A stretch of DNA of 64,000 nucleotides from Deferribacterales bacterium (GCA_050251945.1 JBFWLW010000001.1:128001-192000), one strand, 5' to 3'; shown: positions 9,526 to 20,980, counted from the first letter of the stretch. Translations and numbers: made by a program. The notes: generated by a model not told the origin, from the letters alone.

Positions 9526-10257
9526 TCAGATTCTGCCGTTTTTGTTCAGAACGGTCAGGTGTTCGGCGACAGCTTTGCCAAGGACTGAGAGCAGAAGCTG
9601 AACCTCTCTTCCGGTGAAGTTTTTGGATTCTGTCATAAGGCGTATTTCTTCAAATATTTTGTCTGGATTCTGCGTATTGAGACATCCGAACGTTTCAAGG
9701 AATAGTTTCATCTTGCTCATGAGGGCTTCGGTGAGCTTTCTGTCGGCATATTTAATTTCTGTGTGCGGCGTTCTGTCCGGAGTGTTCTTTATCTCCCACA
9801 GCACAACAAGCACCGCCTGAGCGAGGTTCATACTGGGGAACACGTCCGATGTATCAAGGCTGACAAACCTGTGGCATGCCGAAAGCTGTGTGTTTGAAAG
9901 CCCTGCCTTTTCGTTTCCGAAGAGCAGTCCGGCGGTCATGCCTTTGGATGTGATGTCAAGAAGCAGGTCTTTCAGACCGGAAAGCGGTATGTGCAGTCCT
10001 TCGGTTTTTGGCGTGCGCATACTGATTCCGATTATTTTGTCCGAACCTGTAAGAAGATCATCGAAATCTTTTGCATGGCGCGCGTTCTTAAGTATGTTCT
10101 CCGCCATAAGCGCATATTTAAGCGCAGTGGGATGGGTGCTGTTCAGCCGTCCGTAATAAGCAAGCTCCGAAAACTCTGTGTTTGCCATTGCGCGGGCGAT
10201 GAAGCCCAGATTGACAGCTCCCTCCGGATTGGCGAGCAGAACCCTGATACTTTTCAA
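9526..10257 (-). CDS. trmJ: SPOUT tRNA methyltransferase, TrmJ/LasT family
   Basis: NLGFIARAMAN, LFGNEKAGLSN, SMNLAQAV; TTG start. Confidence 0.75.
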   Translation of the reverse strand: MKSIRVLLANPEGAVNLGFIARAMANTEFSELAYYGRLNSTHPTALKYALMAENILKNARHAKDFDDLLTGSDKIIGISMRTPKTEGLHIPLSGLKDLLLDITSKGMTAGLLFGNEKAGLSNTQLSACHRFVSLDTSDVFPSMNLAQAVLVVLWEIKNTPDRTPHTEIKYADRKLTEALMSKMKLFLETFGCLNTQNPDKIFEEIRLMTESKNFTGREVQLLLSVLGKAVAEHLTVLNKNGRI

Positions 10258-10258
10258 A

Positions 10259-10972
10259 TCAGCTTGTCCTGTTTGATATTCTCAAAATTCTTTCGTAGTT
10301 AATCATTACCGCTCTGTAATACTTTTCTGAAACGTTTCCGCCGCTGCGTATCTGCTTTTGCAGGTTGCCCGGTCCCATGTTATAGGCTATCAGGGCGTAT
10401 TTCTGATTGTCATATTTGTTCAGAAGGTACGCGAGATAGCTTATGCCGACTCGGATGTTTTTTTGCGGGTCGAAAAGGTCTGAACGGTTTTGAAGGTTGA
10501 TGTTGTCGTGCATGTCGGAAACATAGAAGGCTGTGCCGGGAAGAACCTGCATAAAGCCCACCGCTCCCTTGTTCGACACGACGTGTCTGCGGAAGGAACT
10601 TTCTGTCTTTATCACCGCCAGAACCAGATAAGGGTCGATACCCTTTTCAAAAGATTCGGACGCTATGAGATAGGCGAAGTCCATATAGTTCATACCGCCC
10701 GTGTTCGGTCGGTATATTTCCAGTACGTTTTTGATATCCATAACCAGAGCGGCAAACGAAAGCCTGCGCTTTTCGTTTTCCAGACTGTTTGAGAACTGCC
10801 TGTAACTCTCTGAGTCAATGTTGTTTTCTGAACTTATTCTGTCCACTGTGGAACTGATTGCAGTGAGATACACTACGTTCATAATAAGAAATCCGAAAAC
10901 AACAATAGTTATGGACACAAAGAGTGCAGCCAGAGTATTCTGTGCCCTGTTAGTTATTCGTATGTTTAGCAT
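10259..10972 (-). CDS. Membrane-anchored lytic transglycosylase (SLT domain)
   Basis: N-terminal TM, AVIKTESSF, GAVGFMQV, AYNMGPG; start set at MLNIR. Confidence 0.85.
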   Translation of the reverse strand: MLNIRITNRAQNTLAALFVSITIVVFGFLIMNVVYLTAISSTVDRISSENNIDSESYRQFSNSLENEKRRLSFAALVMDIKNVLEIYRPNTGGMNYMDFAYLIASESFEKGIDPYLVLAVIKTESSFRRHVVSNKGAVGFMQVLPGTAFYVSDMHDNINLQNRSDLFDPQKNIRVGISYLAYLLNKYDNQKYALIAYNMGPGNLQKQIRSGGNVSEKYYRAVMINYERILRISNRTS

Positions 10973-11073
10973 GATTCCCGATAGTATTGTGTTTGAGCAT
11001 ATTTGATGATTACAAAATATTAGCCGCAGCGGCAAAAGTAAAGGGAAAAATTCCAAACCGGGGCAGGGCAGAT

Positions 11074-11781
11074 ATGTACAGATATCCCAAGTTATTGAGA
11101 GGAAAGTTTATAAAAAGGTATAAAAGATTTTTTACAGACGTGCTTCTTGACGGTGAAATTGTCACCGCGCACAACCCGAACACGGGCACCATGAAGTGCA
11201 TCGTTCAGGAGGGCAGGGACGTTATTCTTTCCGTTTCCGACAACCCGAACCGCAAGCTGAAATACACTCTGGAGGGCTTTCTGGTGGACGGAAAATGGGT
11301 GCTTACCAATACCATACTGATGAACACCGTGGTAAAACGCGGCATACCTGACAACGAAATTGAGGAGCTTAAGGACTGCACGGCGCTTAAAAGCGAATAT
11401 AAGTTCGGCGACGGGCGCATAGATTTTTACGGTGAGAGGGCGGGCGGAAGATTCCTTGCGGAAGTAAAAAACGCTACTCTGTTCGATGATGAATACTGCA
11501 TGTTTCCCGACGCAGTGACAGAGCGCGGGCGTAAACATATCGGGCTTCTGCTTCAGGCTATGGAGCAGGGGTACACCCCGTATATGATATATGTGTGTCA
11601 GGTGAACAGACCTTTGTTCCGCGCGGCGCACGAGATAGATCCGAAATATTCCGAGGCGCTCTCGGATGCCTGCCTGAAAGGGCTTAATGTGATAACTGTC
11701 ATGACGGATTTTGATATTGATAAGGGCGAAGTGAGGCTTGTTAAAGGCGGGGTTTTCAGAGTAGACCGACAAGTCGGGTAA
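11074..11781 (+). CDS. sfsA: DNA/RNA nuclease SfsA
   Basis: FIKRYKRF, AHNPNTGTM, RIDF..EVK, FPDAVTERGRKH. Confidence 0.9.
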   Translation: MYRYPKLLRGKFIKRYKRFFTDVLLDGEIVTAHNPNTGTMKCIVQEGRDVILSVSDNPNRKLKYTLEGFLVDGKWVLTNTILMNTVVKRGIPDNEIEELKDCTALKSEYKFGDGRIDFYGERAGGRFLAEVKNATLFDDEYCMFPDAVTERGRKHIGLLLQAMEQGYTPYMIYVCQVNRPLFRAAHEIDPKYSEALSDACLKGLNVITVMTDFDIDKGEVRLVKGGVFRVDRQVG

Positions 11782-12658
11782 GGTACCCTTCGTCGTTTGT
11801 CTGTCCTGTCTTTACCATATAGTCGAGTTCCGCGAAAGTTCCGAACAGGTTTATCAGCTCCTCATGTTTCCACACTTTCGCACCTGTTTTTATCCTATCC
11901 AGAAGAAAAAAACGGTTCTCTTTTACCATATCCTTTGAAACCTGCATTGAATACACGTCTCGCATCCTTTTAAATAGCAGGTTTATCAGTATACGGAGGT
12001 TTTCGCCGGAGGCTATGAATTCCGTCAGCAGCGCAAAGCACTCCTTACGCTTTCTGTATGTAAAGTTGTCTATGAATACGAATATATTGTCCTGACGTTT
12101 CGCGGTTATCGCTTTCAGAATGTCCGACTGTGTTTCTGGTTTTTTATATGCGAAATATGCGGTCAGCTTGTCCACTTCACTCTTTATCATGGACAGATTG
12201 CCGTCGAAAAGCTCATTTATCTGACCCGCAGCCGACATGTCCACCGTGAATCCGGCATCGGAGAACATTCTTATGACCCTTCCTGTGATGTCCTGTTTTT
12301 TACTCTCTTCCGTGAGAAGGCTGAATCCGGCGGAAGCAAGCGCTTCGGAAAGTTTTTTGTCCGTTTTTGTCTCTTCCGTCATTATTATTATGGCGGATTC
12401 TATGCAGTTGGCGCAGCTTTTGACCAAAGATACTTTGTCTTTAACTGCGTTGAATGATTTTATAACGGCGGCTTTGGATTCGCTGAAGAGCGGGGCGGAG
12501 CTGATGAAACCATAGAAAGAATCGGACAGTTCTTCGGGATTGAAGGTCTCCGTTTCGCAGTCCTGAATCTTCTCAAGTATCTTCTTTAACTGCTCTTCCT
12601 GATAAAAACTGCTTCCGGCTATGTACCAGAATGGTTTACCTGAGGTTTTCAAATTCAT
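11756..12658 (-). CDS. holA: DNA polymerase III delta subunit
   Basis: PLFSE motif, GNLSMIKSEVDKL, LDYMVKTG; leuS-lptE-holA synteny; start uncertain. Confidence 0.75.
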   Translation of the reverse strand: MNLKTSGKPFWYIAGSSFYQEEQLKKILEKIQDCETETFNPEELSDSFYGFISSAPLFSESKAAVIKSFNAVKDKVSLVKSCANCIESAIIIMTEETKTDKKLSEALASAGFSLLTEESKKQDITGRVIRMFSDAGFTVDMSAAGQINELFDGNLSMIKSEVDKLTAYFAYKKPETQSDILKAITAKRQDNIFVFIDNFTYRKRKECFALLTEFIASGENLRILINLLFKRMRDVYSMQVSKDMVKENRFFLLDRIKTGAKVWKHEELINLFGTFAELDYMVKTGQTNDEGYLTRLVGLL

Positions 12659-13130
12659 ATCTGAAATTGTCAAGCGCTGTTCTGACAGCTTCTTTGATAG
12701 CCTGATTCCTGTTCGCCATGGAGCCTGAAAGGGAGGATGTCTGGCTGTATGTCACTATGGAACCGAAGTTGCGCGAGAATTTCTCTGCACCGCTCTTGTC
12801 TTTCACAAGCACGTTAATTACTATCGAGAGGTCGAACGTCGCCGTCTGACCGGATGTCAGTTTAACAGCGGATGAGGAAGATACGTTTGTCAGAGTGATA
12901 TACCCGATGTTGTCGGTGTTGTCCTTCCTGCCCAGTGCATTGATGGACGCAAAATACGACTTAACTTCGTTCGTGAAAAGCTGTTCCACGTTCACCTCTT
13001 TAGAGGTGTTCTCTATGGACGCGGGATATATGGCGAAAGAAGCCTTTCTTCCCGTAAGGGCTATCTTATAGCCGCATCCGTACACAAAAAGAGTTACCAG
13101 AAGGACGGAAAGAAGAGCTTTTGTTTTCAT
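12636..13130 (-). CDS. lptE: LPS assembly lipoprotein LptE-like
   Basis: Lipobox VYGCGY; lies between leuS and holA. Confidence 0.7.
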   Translation of the reverse strand: MKTKALLSVLLVTLFVYGCGYKIALTGRKASFAIYPASIENTSKEVNVEQLFTNEVKSYFASINALGRKDNTDNIGYITLTNVSSSSAVKLTSGQTATFDLSIVINVLVKDKSGAEKFSRNFGSIVTYSQTSSLSGSMANRNQAIKEAVRTALDNFRYEFENLR

Positions 13131-13131
13131 G

Positions 13132-15684
13132 TTATTTCACCACGAAGTTTACAAGTTTGTTGGGGACGTATATCTTTTTAACAAAGGTTGTTCCCTCTGT
13201 GTATTTTGCCACATTCTCGTTGGCAATAGCAATCCCGAATACTTCATCCTGCTGCATATCTCTGGATATGTTTATCTGTCCCCTGAGTTTGCCGTTGACC
13301 TGCACAGCTACAACTACCTCATCTTTAACGGTGTGCGAAGCGTCAAATTTGACCCACTCCGCTCTGGATACCAGACCGCCAAGATCCGCCGCTTCCCAGA
13401 GCTCTTCGCAGAGATGAGGTGTAAACGGTGCAAGGAGTTTTATGAGCGTCACCAGACATTCTTTAAAGAGCGCCTTGTGCTCATCTTTTATCTGCGGTTC
13501 GGCAGAATAAAGGCTGTTCACGAACTCCATCATCGCCGCAACTGCCGTGTTGAGCTGATAGCGTTCGATATCCTCAGTCACCTTTTTAATGGTGGAGTGG
13601 AGGGCGAACAGCAGTTCTTTGGTCAGCGCGTCGTCAGCACTGCCGGACTGTTCGGTCTTTATAAGTTCAAGGTTGTTGTAAACCAGTCTGTAGACTCTGT
13701 TCAGAAATCTGAAAGAACCTTCAACACCGGAATCGCTCCATTCAAGCTCTCTTTCGGGCGGGCTTGCGAAAAGTATGAAAAGCCTTGCCGTGTCGGCACC
13801 GTATGTCTGAATAAGCTTGTTCGGATCAACAACATTCTTTTTGGATTTGGACATTTTTTCAACGCGTCCGATGACGACGTCGCTGCCGCATTTGGTGCAT
13901 TTCCCGTCTTTTGCTTCCTCGGGGAAGAGCCAGCCGTCTGTGGGGCATTTGTATGTTTCTTTGCAAACCATGCCCTGAGTCAGCAGTCTTTTGAAGGGTT
14001 CGTCAATGGAAACGTAGCCGAGGTCGCGCAGAACTTTTGTGTAAAAGCGCGCATAGAGTAGGTGGAGAATAGCGTGTTCTATACCGCCGATGTACTGGTC
14101 AACGTTCATCCAGTAGTTTGCGTCGTCTTTATTAAATGGTGCTGTATCGCATTTCGGGGACGTATATCTTAAAAAATACCATGAGGATTCCATAAAGGTA
14201 TCCATGGTATCGGTTTCGCGTCTTGCGGGTTTGCCGCATTTGGGGCATGTGGTGTTGACAAATGATTCAACCTTATCCAGAGGGTTGCCTCGCATTGCGG
14301 GGTTGAATTCAACGTCCGGCAGTTTTACAGGGAGCTGGTCTAACGGTACTGGAACGCTTCCGCAGCAGTCGCACTGGATGAAAGGGATAGGTGCTCCCCA
14401 ATATCTCTGGCGTGATATCTGCCAGTCGCGCAGACGATAGTTTACAGTGCTTTTGCCGAGCTTGTGTTCGTCCAGATAGTCAACTATAGCTTTTTTTGCT
14501 GATTCGTTGTCCGTTCCGTCGAAACAGCCGGAGTTGACCAGTTTTCCGGCACCGGTGTAAGCCTCTGTCATTGTATCAAGGTCGAGACCGTCTTTGGGCA
14601 TGATAACTATCTTAAGTTCGCAGTTGTATTTTTTCGCGAATTCAAAATCTCTCTGGTCGTGGGCGGGAACAGCCATAACGGCGCCTGTTCCGTAGTCCAT
14701 AAGAACGAAGTTGGCGAGGAAAATGGGCATCTGACACCCTGTCAGTGGGTTGATGGCGTATCTTCCGGTGAAGACGCCTTTCTTCTCTTTATCGTCCGCC
14801 ATACGGTTTATCTTGTCATCTTTCAGGATGGATTCGATGAACTGAAGCCCCTCTTTTTCCTGATCAGTACCTTTCAGCAGTGATTTTGCCATGGGATGTT
14901 CCGGAGCGAGGGACATGAACGTCGCGCCGAACAGTGTGTCGGGGCGAGTTGTAAATACGGTTATCTTTTCATCAGAGTGCGTCACCGCAAAGTTTATCTC
15001 CGCACCGTAGGATTTTCCTATCCAGTTTTGCTGCATGGTGAGAACCTTTGAAGGCCACCCGTCCATCTTGTCGGTGAAATCCAGCAGTTCGTCGGCATAA
15101 TCGGTTATTTTCAGATACCAGCCGTCAAGCTCTTTAATGCGAACGTCGTGTCCGCATCGCCAGCATTTGCCGTCCTCAACCTGTTCGTTTGCAAGCACGG
15201 TGTTGCAGTCGTCGCACCAGTTGAGCAGTGATTTCTTTTTATATACCAGTCCTTTTTCATACATCTGTATGAAGACCTGCTGTTCCCATCTGTAATATTC
15301 GGGTTCGCATGTGGCGACTTCCCTCTCCCAGTCGTAGGAAAGACCGAGCTTTTTGAGCTGTGCCTTCATATAGCTGATGTTCGATTTTGTCCAGACGGCG
15401 GGGTGTGTGGAGTTTTCAATCGCCGCGTTTTCTGCGGGAAGACCGAACGCGTCCCACCCCATCGGGTGGAGTACGTTGAAGCCCTGCATGAATTTATATC
15501 GGGAGATGACATCGCCTATCGCATAGTTGCGGACGTGTCCCATATGTATCTTGCCCGAAGGGTATGGGAACATTTCCAGACAGTAAAATTTTTCTTTGCT
15601 TTTATCTGTTTCGACTTTGAAAAGTTTTTTGTCTTCCCATGTCTTCTGCCATTTCTCTTCAATTTCCGCGGGATTGTATTTCAT
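13132..15684 (-). CDS. leuS: Leucine--tRNA ligase
   Basis: HMGH and KMSKS signatures, editing domain. Confidence 0.97.
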   Translation of the reverse strand: MKYNPAEIEEKWQKTWEDKKLFKVETDKSKEKFYCLEMFPYPSGKIHMGHVRNYAIGDVISRYKFMQGFNVLHPMGWDAFGLPAENAAIENSTHPAVWTKSNISYMKAQLKKLGLSYDWEREVATCEPEYYRWEQQVFIQMYEKGLVYKKKSLLNWCDDCNTVLANEQVEDGKCWRCGHDVRIKELDGWYLKITDYADELLDFTDKMDGWPSKVLTMQQNWIGKSYGAEINFAVTHSDEKITVFTTRPDTLFGATFMSLAPEHPMAKSLLKGTDQEKEGLQFIESILKDDKINRMADDKEKKGVFTGRYAINPLTGCQMPIFLANFVLMDYGTGAVMAVPAHDQRDFEFAKKYNCELKIVIMPKDGLDLDTMTEAYTGAGKLVNSGCFDGTDNESAKKAIVDYLDEHKLGKSTVNYRLRDWQISRQRYWGAPIPFIQCDCCGSVPVPLDQLPVKLPDVEFNPAMRGNPLDKVESFVNTTCPKCGKPARRETDTMDTFMESSWYFLRYTSPKCDTAPFNKDDANYWMNVDQYIGGIEHAILHLLYARFYTKVLRDLGYVSIDEPFKRLLTQGMVCKETYKCPTDGWLFPEEAKDGKCTKCGSDVVIGRVEKMSKSKKNVVDPNKLIQTYGADTARLFILFASPPERELEWSDSGVEGSFRFLNRVYRLVYNNLELIKTEQSGSADDALTKELLFALHSTIKKVTEDIERYQLNTAVAAMMEFVNSLYSAEPQIKDEHKALFKECLVTLIKLLAPFTPHLCEELWEAADLGGLVSRAEWVKFDASHTVKDEVVVAVQVNGKLRGQINISRDMQQDEVFGIAIANENVAKYTEGTTFVKKIYVPNKLVNFVVK

Positions 15685-15836
15685 TTAAGAGCCTCCGACT
15701 GCTAAGAGTAAAAAACTATCAAAAATAGGTTAATATATCAAGAATTATTGAGGCTGAATTTAAATGACATTTTTTTTCCTTTTGCGTCCATCTAAAAGCT
15801 GTTATAATACACAAAATATAGAACAGGACTTTTTTA

Positions 15837-17294
15837 ATGATTACCGAAAACGGTTTTATAGAACTTGCGTATTCGCTCGTAAGGATACGCGATCTCGACG
15901 AACTGCTTGATACCATGCTCGGAAGAATAAGAAATATGCTGTCCGCAGATGCCGGAAGCATATTCATTTATGATGAAGACAAAGACGAACTCATATTCAG
16001 CTACACCCAGAACGATTCCATCGAACTGCCGTTTAAAAAATTTCGTATGAAAGCAAACGAGCAGAGCATCGCGGGTTTCTGTGCGGTTCGTAACAGCCTT
16101 ATCAGGCTCGACGACGTTTACCATCTTGATAACAAATTTCCTTTCAAATTTAACCAGAGCTTCGACGAAATGTCAGGCTACCGCACAAAGTCCATGCTGG
16201 TCTTCCCTATCAATGATATAAACGGGAGACTTATCGGCATTTTACAGCTTATAAACAAAAAAATTAAAGACGTTCCCGTTAACAATGACACTGTTGACGA
16301 GGCGGTCGCCATATTTAACTCACAGGACGAGACCACTGCGCATTCTTTGAGCGGTATAGTCGGCATGGCGCTTGAAAACGCTCTTCTTTACGAAAGTATA
16401 GAGGCGATGTGGGAAGGTTTCATTCAGGCATGCATGACAGCGATCGACTCGCGCGACCCTGTTACCGGTGGGCACAGCGAACGCGTTACAACATTGACAA
16501 TGGCGATAGCGGAAGCGATGAGCGGGGACGATACGTTCCCTGATTTCAACCTCAGCCCCGAACAGATGCGCTCTCTGAAATACTCCTGTATGCTCCATGA
16601 CTTCGGTAAACTGGTCATCAGCGAGAACATATTGCAGAAAGCCGATAAGCTTTATCCCGGTATGATGGATGTAATCCGCTACAGGTTTGCAATGGCAAAA
16701 GCGGTTGCGAAGGCTCAAGATAAACCCTCGGAAGTTCTTTACGAGCTTGATACTCTGCTTGAAAAGGTTTTTATGGCGAATATCCCCACCGTTCTGGACG
16801 GGGAAACCTCTGCCGGTCTGGACAAATGTCTCAATTATATATTTGAAGACGTAGACGGCAACAAACACCAGCTTCTTACAGAAAAGGAATACGCTTATCT
16901 CAGCATAAATCGCGGTTCCCTTACGCCGCATGAAAGGGATATCATAGAGAGTCATGTCAAACATACGTACGAATTTTTAAGCAAGATCCCATGGACAAAG
17001 GAACTGAAACATGTTCCCGCTGTTGCCGCCATGCACCATGAAAAACTGAACGGAGGCGGGTATCCATTCGGGCTTCATGCGGACGATATTGTCACGCAGG
17101 GAAGAATTATGGCGATAGCTGATATTTATGATGCCCTGACCGCACAGGACAGACCGTATAAAAAAGCGATGCCTGTGGAAAAAGCATGTGCTATACTCTT
17201 GGATGAAGCAGAACGGAACGTTCTGGATATTGACATTGTAAAATTCTTCATTAAGAATGAGATTTATAAATGTCTCGACAGGAGGAAGAATTGA
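15837..17294 (+). CDS. GAF + HD-GYP cyclic-di-GMP phosphodiesterase
   Basis: GAF (YRTKSML, LQLINK), MLHDFGK, HHEKLNGGGYP, ADIYDALT.DRPYKK. Confidence 0.85.
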   Translation: MITENGFIELAYSLVRIRDLDELLDTMLGRIRNMLSADAGSIFIYDEDKDELIFSYTQNDSIELPFKKFRMKANEQSIAGFCAVRNSLIRLDDVYHLDNKFPFKFNQSFDEMSGYRTKSMLVFPINDINGRLIGILQLINKKIKDVPVNNDTVDEAVAIFNSQDETTAHSLSGIVGMALENALLYESIEAMWEGFIQACMTAIDSRDPVTGGHSERVTTLTMAIAEAMSGDDTFPDFNLSPEQMRSLKYSCMLHDFGKLVISENILQKADKLYPGMMDVIRYRFAMAKAVAKAQDKPSEVLYELDTLLEKVFMANIPTVLDGETSAGLDKCLNYIFEDVDGNKHQLLTEKEYAYLSINRGSLTPHERDIIESHVKHTYEFLSKIPWTKELKHVPAVAAMHHEKLNGGGYPFGLHADDIVTQGRIMAIADIYDALTAQDRPYKKAMPVEKACAILLDEAERNVLDIDIVKFFIKNEIYKCLDRRKN

Positions 17295-17644
17295 AAACTC
17301 TATTAGTTGTGGATGACGACGAGAACATCAGGCTCATTCTGAGAGAAGAGTTTTGCTTTGCAGGCTTTAATGTTGTAACCGCAATAGACGGCGAAGAGGG
17401 TCTTGTCGCTTTCAACGAGCAAAACATTGATGTTGTCATCCTTGACCTTGATATGCCCAAACTGACCGGGGAAGAGGTTGCCATGAAGCTTCATGCGCAG
17501 GCGCCGGAAGTCCCCGTTATCATCTATACAGGAAATTCCGAAAGGCTGGAACAGCAGTTGGGACTTAAGTATGACGCTTTGGTTCTGAAGTCCAGCGGTA
17601 TCGACGAACTGGTTGCGAAGGTCGCTGAACTGGCAAATGTTTGA
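17270..17644 (+). CDS. Single-domain response regulator
   Basis: VVDDD, ILDLDMP, YTG, K. Confidence 0.85.
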   Translation: MSRQEEELKTLLVVDDDENIRLILREEFCFAGFNVVTAIDGEEGLVAFNEQNIDVVILDLDMPKLTGEEVAMKLHAQAPEVPVIIYTGNSERLEQQLGLKYDALVLKSSGIDELVAKVAELANV

Positions 17645-18392
17645 TATTTCTCTTTATGAAAGTTTCCGCGGGAAATCCGGCGGAATAATTTCTCTGGACA
17701 GTGTCAACTCAACCAATATTTACGCGGTGTCGGGCAGTTTCCCTGCGTTCACAGTTGTGACGGCGGAAGAACAGACCGCAGGACGCGGACGCAGCGGGCG
17801 TAAATGGCACAGTGTGAAAGGTCTGAATCTTTATTTTTCTATAGTTCTGAACGGTATCGAACCTCAGAAGCTTCTGCCTATGAATATCTTTGCCGGATAT
17901 GTCATGGCAGATACGCTCAGGGATGTTGCCGAAATAAAGATAAAATGGCCCAACGATATCATAGCAGGCGGAAAAAAACTTGCCGGAATACTGATGGAAA
18001 CATCGTTTTCGGGCGGCACACTGGAAAAAGCTGTACTGGGTATAGGACTGAATGTCAATATTGACGAATTTCCGGAAGACATCGCAATGATGGCAACATC
18101 ATTAAAAGTTTTAACGGGGAGAAATTTTTCCAGAGAAGAACTTCTCGCTTCGTATATGAACAATTTTGAAGCTGCCTATGATGATTTTATAACAGATCGT
18201 ATAAATTTGGTAAAACTTTGGTCTGATTACTCCGCTTTTCTTGACAAAAAGATTTCTATACATAAAGATGGAGTGAAAACTCAATACACCGAAAGGGGTA
18301 TTGATCAGTTCGGCTGTCTTAAAGCTGAAAACGCCGAGGGCAGATCCGAAACTATCGTAACCGGAGATATCGGATATGATTTTTGCCGTTGA
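17637..18392 (+). CDS. birA: Biotin--protein ligase without N-terminal HTH
   Basis: STN, QTAGRGRSGRKW, KWPND, KLAGIL. Confidence 0.9.
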   Translation: MFDISLYESFRGKSGGIISLDSVNSTNIYAVSGSFPAFTVVTAEEQTAGRGRSGRKWHSVKGLNLYFSIVLNGIEPQKLLPMNIFAGYVMADTLRDVAEIKIKWPNDIIAGGKKLAGILMETSFSGGTLEKAVLGIGLNVNIDEFPEDIAMMATSLKVLTGRNFSREELLASYMNNFEAAYDDFITDRINLVKLWSDYSAFLDKKISIHKDGVKTQYTERGIDQFGCLKAENAEGRSETIVTGDIGYDFCR

Positions 18393-19152
18393 CATAGGCA
18401 ACACAAACATTGTTATTGGTATTTTTGAGAAGGGCAGCAGCAATCTTGTCTGCAATTTCCGCGTACAGTCAAGCACCAGCAGAACAACAGACGAATATGC
18501 CGCCATCATCATGAGACTGATGGAGAGCGAAAACGTTAAGTCTTCCGACATATCCGGAGTCATAATCGCAAGCGTTGTTCCCAGACTTATCTTCACATTC
18601 ACTAAATTTGCACGCAAATACCTCGACAAAGAGGCGCTGGTGATTGCTCCCGGCGTTAAAACAGGTATACCCATAAAGATGGAAAACCCGAAAGAGGTGG
18701 GGGCGGACAGGATCGTTAACGCCGTCGCCGCAAAGGTGAAATACGGCTATCCTGCCATTGTTGTGGATTTCGGCACAGCCACCACATTCGATGTTATCAG
18801 CCGTCAGGGCGACTACATCGGCGGTGTTATCTGCCCCGGGATAAAACTTTCGACTCAGATACTGCACTCGAATACGGCGAAACTGCCTGAGGTGGAGATC
18901 GAGCGTGTGGACACCGTAATCGGAAAGAACACTATTCATTCTATACAGTCCGGAATCTATTTCGGCTATCTTGAGATGGTCGACGGCATTATCCGCAGGA
19001 TACTTGCCGAGGAGTTTGAAGGCGAGATGATCCCTGTCATCTCCACCGGAGGACTAGGCAGCGTTTTTGCAGAAGAAAGCAAATATATAAAGCGCTATGA
19101 ACCTAATCTGACCCTTGAAGGTCTGAAAATTATCTACGAAAAAAATATTTAA
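18376..19152 (+). CDS. coaX: Type III pantothenate kinase
   Basis: DIGNTN, VGADR, VDFGTATT, TGG. Confidence 0.93.
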   Translation: MIFAVDIGNTNIVIGIFEKGSSNLVCNFRVQSSTSRTTDEYAAIIMRLMESENVKSSDISGVIIASVVPRLIFTFTKFARKYLDKEALVIAPGVKTGIPIKMENPKEVGADRIVNAVAAKVKYGYPAIVVDFGTATTFDVISRQGDYIGGVICPGIKLSTQILHSNTAKLPEVEIERVDTVIGKNTIHSIQSGIYFGYLEMVDGIIRRILAEEFEGEMIPVISTGGLGSVFAEESKYIKRYEPNLTLEGLKIIYEKNI

Positions 19153-19182
19153 CGGCTTAATATCAAGCCGATGGCGGGGAAT

Positions 19183-20115
19183 ATGAGCAAACTCGGATCA
19201 TTTCTGAAAGAAACCAGAGAAGCACAGGGATTAGGCTATGAAAAAGTCACTCAGGAAACCAAAATGAGTGAAGATATCATAAAACAGCTCGAAGATGGCG
19301 GTTTTGCAGAGCTTCCTTCATACAACCACGCAAAGAACTTCGTTAAAAACTACGCAGAATATCTGGGTCTCGACCCTGACGATACAATGAGTATGCTTCA
19401 GGAAGAGTGTACCCGCGAAACCTTCAGCAAGGAACCTCAGATCGTTTTCAGCCCTGAATTCCCTCCGAAAGAAGATCCTGAAAACTCTTCATTCCTTATG
19501 AAATACGTCCTTCCGGTAGTTGTAATTGCGCTGATTATTTTTGCAGGTACGAAACTTTTTTTCTCTGTGAAAGGTGCTAAGAAAGCCCCCGAACCCGTTG
19601 TTTCCGAGCAGCAGCAGACACCGGAACCGTCTGCCGCACAGCAGGTTCCGGCACAGGACGACACGACATTCAATACTGTTGACCCTAAAACCGTCGAAAA
19701 AACCATAGAAGAGGTTAATTCTGCGGAAGAAAAAGCGCAGGCTGAGGCAAACGCGGAGGTCAAACCGGAAGATGCCGCCACAGCGGATGCTGACAAAACC
19801 AAAACAGACGATACAACCAAAGAGAATAAAGCCGTTAAAACCGGCAATATGGCTATCCTTAATTTTGCCGACGTATGCTGGGTGCACGTGAAATCCGACA
19901 CGGGTGAGGAACTCGATTTCATAGCCAGCAGAGGCAGTCATAAAGAAGTATCCTTCAAACAATTCTTCATACTCGATGTTGGCAACGCGGCTGTGGCATC
20001 GGTTAATTTCAACGGAAGAACAATTGCCGGGCTGGGCGGGTATAAACAGCCGGCAAAGGGTCTGAAGTTTGAACCGAATGAAAGCGGTGTGCTTAAGTAC
20101 AGCGTTGTAAAATAA
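19183..20115 (+). CDS. rodZ: RodZ-like protein (HTH, TM, DUF4115)
   Basis: LGSFLKETRE HTH, YAEYLGLD, TM, CWVHV...VGNA. Confidence 0.75.
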   Translation: MSKLGSFLKETREAQGLGYEKVTQETKMSEDIIKQLEDGGFAELPSYNHAKNFVKNYAEYLGLDPDDTMSMLQEECTRETFSKEPQIVFSPEFPPKEDPENSSFLMKYVLPVVVIALIIFAGTKLFFSVKGAKKAPEPVVSEQQQTPEPSAAQQVPAQDDTTFNTVDPKTVEKTIEEVNSAEEKAQAEANAEVKPEDAATADADKTKTDDTTKENKAVKTGNMAILNFADVCWVHVKSDTGEELDFIASRGSHKEVSFKQFFILDVGNAAVASVNFNGRTIAGLGGYKQPAKGLKFEPNESGVLKYSVVK

Positions 20116-20170
20116 GTCTTGAAATAATCCGACATCAGCTTATTCTATTAAAGACAAGAAAGGTGTTTTT

Positions 20171-20980
20171 ATGCGTCAATTTTCCGTATCTGTTTATGCG
20201 AATGAAAATCTCGTTCTCTCCGAAGTGCTTGGGAAACTTGAAGATGAGTTTCCCTTTGTAAGTCTTTCCGTTTACGGTAACAGCCTGGCGCATACGTCGC
20301 TTTCTACTGCTACAAACGAATATGATGTTCTTCCTGCCGGAATGATAAGCGGCGGGGACATACTCCTTGTGCTTTCAGACCCGAAAGACGACATGGAGAT
20401 TTTGGTGCAGTTTGAGGGCGACATCGTGGATTTCACGGGTGCAATGACCGGCGATGACGTTTATCATGTTGAAGAGCCTGTGGCATATCTTATAAACGCC
20501 GTTCAGATTAAGGCGGAAGATATGGACGCAGTTGCTATGCTGCCTGCGGCTGTGTTCGGAAAAAGCGGTATCGATGACATGATCATCCAGACCAGAGAGC
20601 TTTTTACTTTTTCCAGTGCCGAAACGAAAGTGTTTGAGGAAAGACTTCCTTTTAACCTGTTCTTTTCTGATATGAATACGGGCTTTTTGAGCGGATTCCG
20701 TCAGAAGATAATGGCTGAAACAGGCGTGGACGTGGACATTAGAATGGGAGCAATTTCAACCGGATTTGTTCTTGACTTATATTTTAAAAAAGATGTAAAT
20801 AAGGACTTCGGATACATTACTGAATCAGTAGGATTTGTCCCGACAATGGCAGATGTGTGCGCAAGAAAGCGTCCTGTCACGGTTTTCAGATCAAAGAACA
20901 GACTCAGCATAGCCGGAGACTACATAAATATAATCTGTTTACAGATAACAGATGCATTCAAAGACATCATTGGAGAATAA
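20171..20980 (+). CDS. Degenerate Asd/Usg-like protein (hypothetical)
   Basis: GKSGIDDMIIQTRELF...FEERLPFNLF resembles the Asd/Usg dimerisation domain; no GxxGxxG and no NPNC catalytic motif. Confidence 0.45.
   Translation: MRQFSVSVYANENLVLSEVLGKLEDEFPFVSLSVYGNSLAHTSLSTATNEYDVLPAGMISGGDILLVLSDPKDDMEILVQFEGDIVDFTGAMTGDDVYHVEEPVAYLINAVQIKAEDMDAVAMLPAAVFGKSGIDDMIIQTRELFTFSSAETKVFEERLPFNLFFSDMNTGFLSGFRQKIMAETGVDVDIRMGAISTGFVLDLYFKKDVNKDFGYITESVGFVPTMADVCARKRPVTVFRSKNRLSIAGDYINIICLQITDAFKDIIGE

Noticed and set aside
13129..14061. 310-aa plus-strand ORF
   Set aside because: Antisense shadow of leuS with no recognisable motifs; the same applies to other long antisense ORFs such as 2666-3466, 8718-9383 and 11092-11772.
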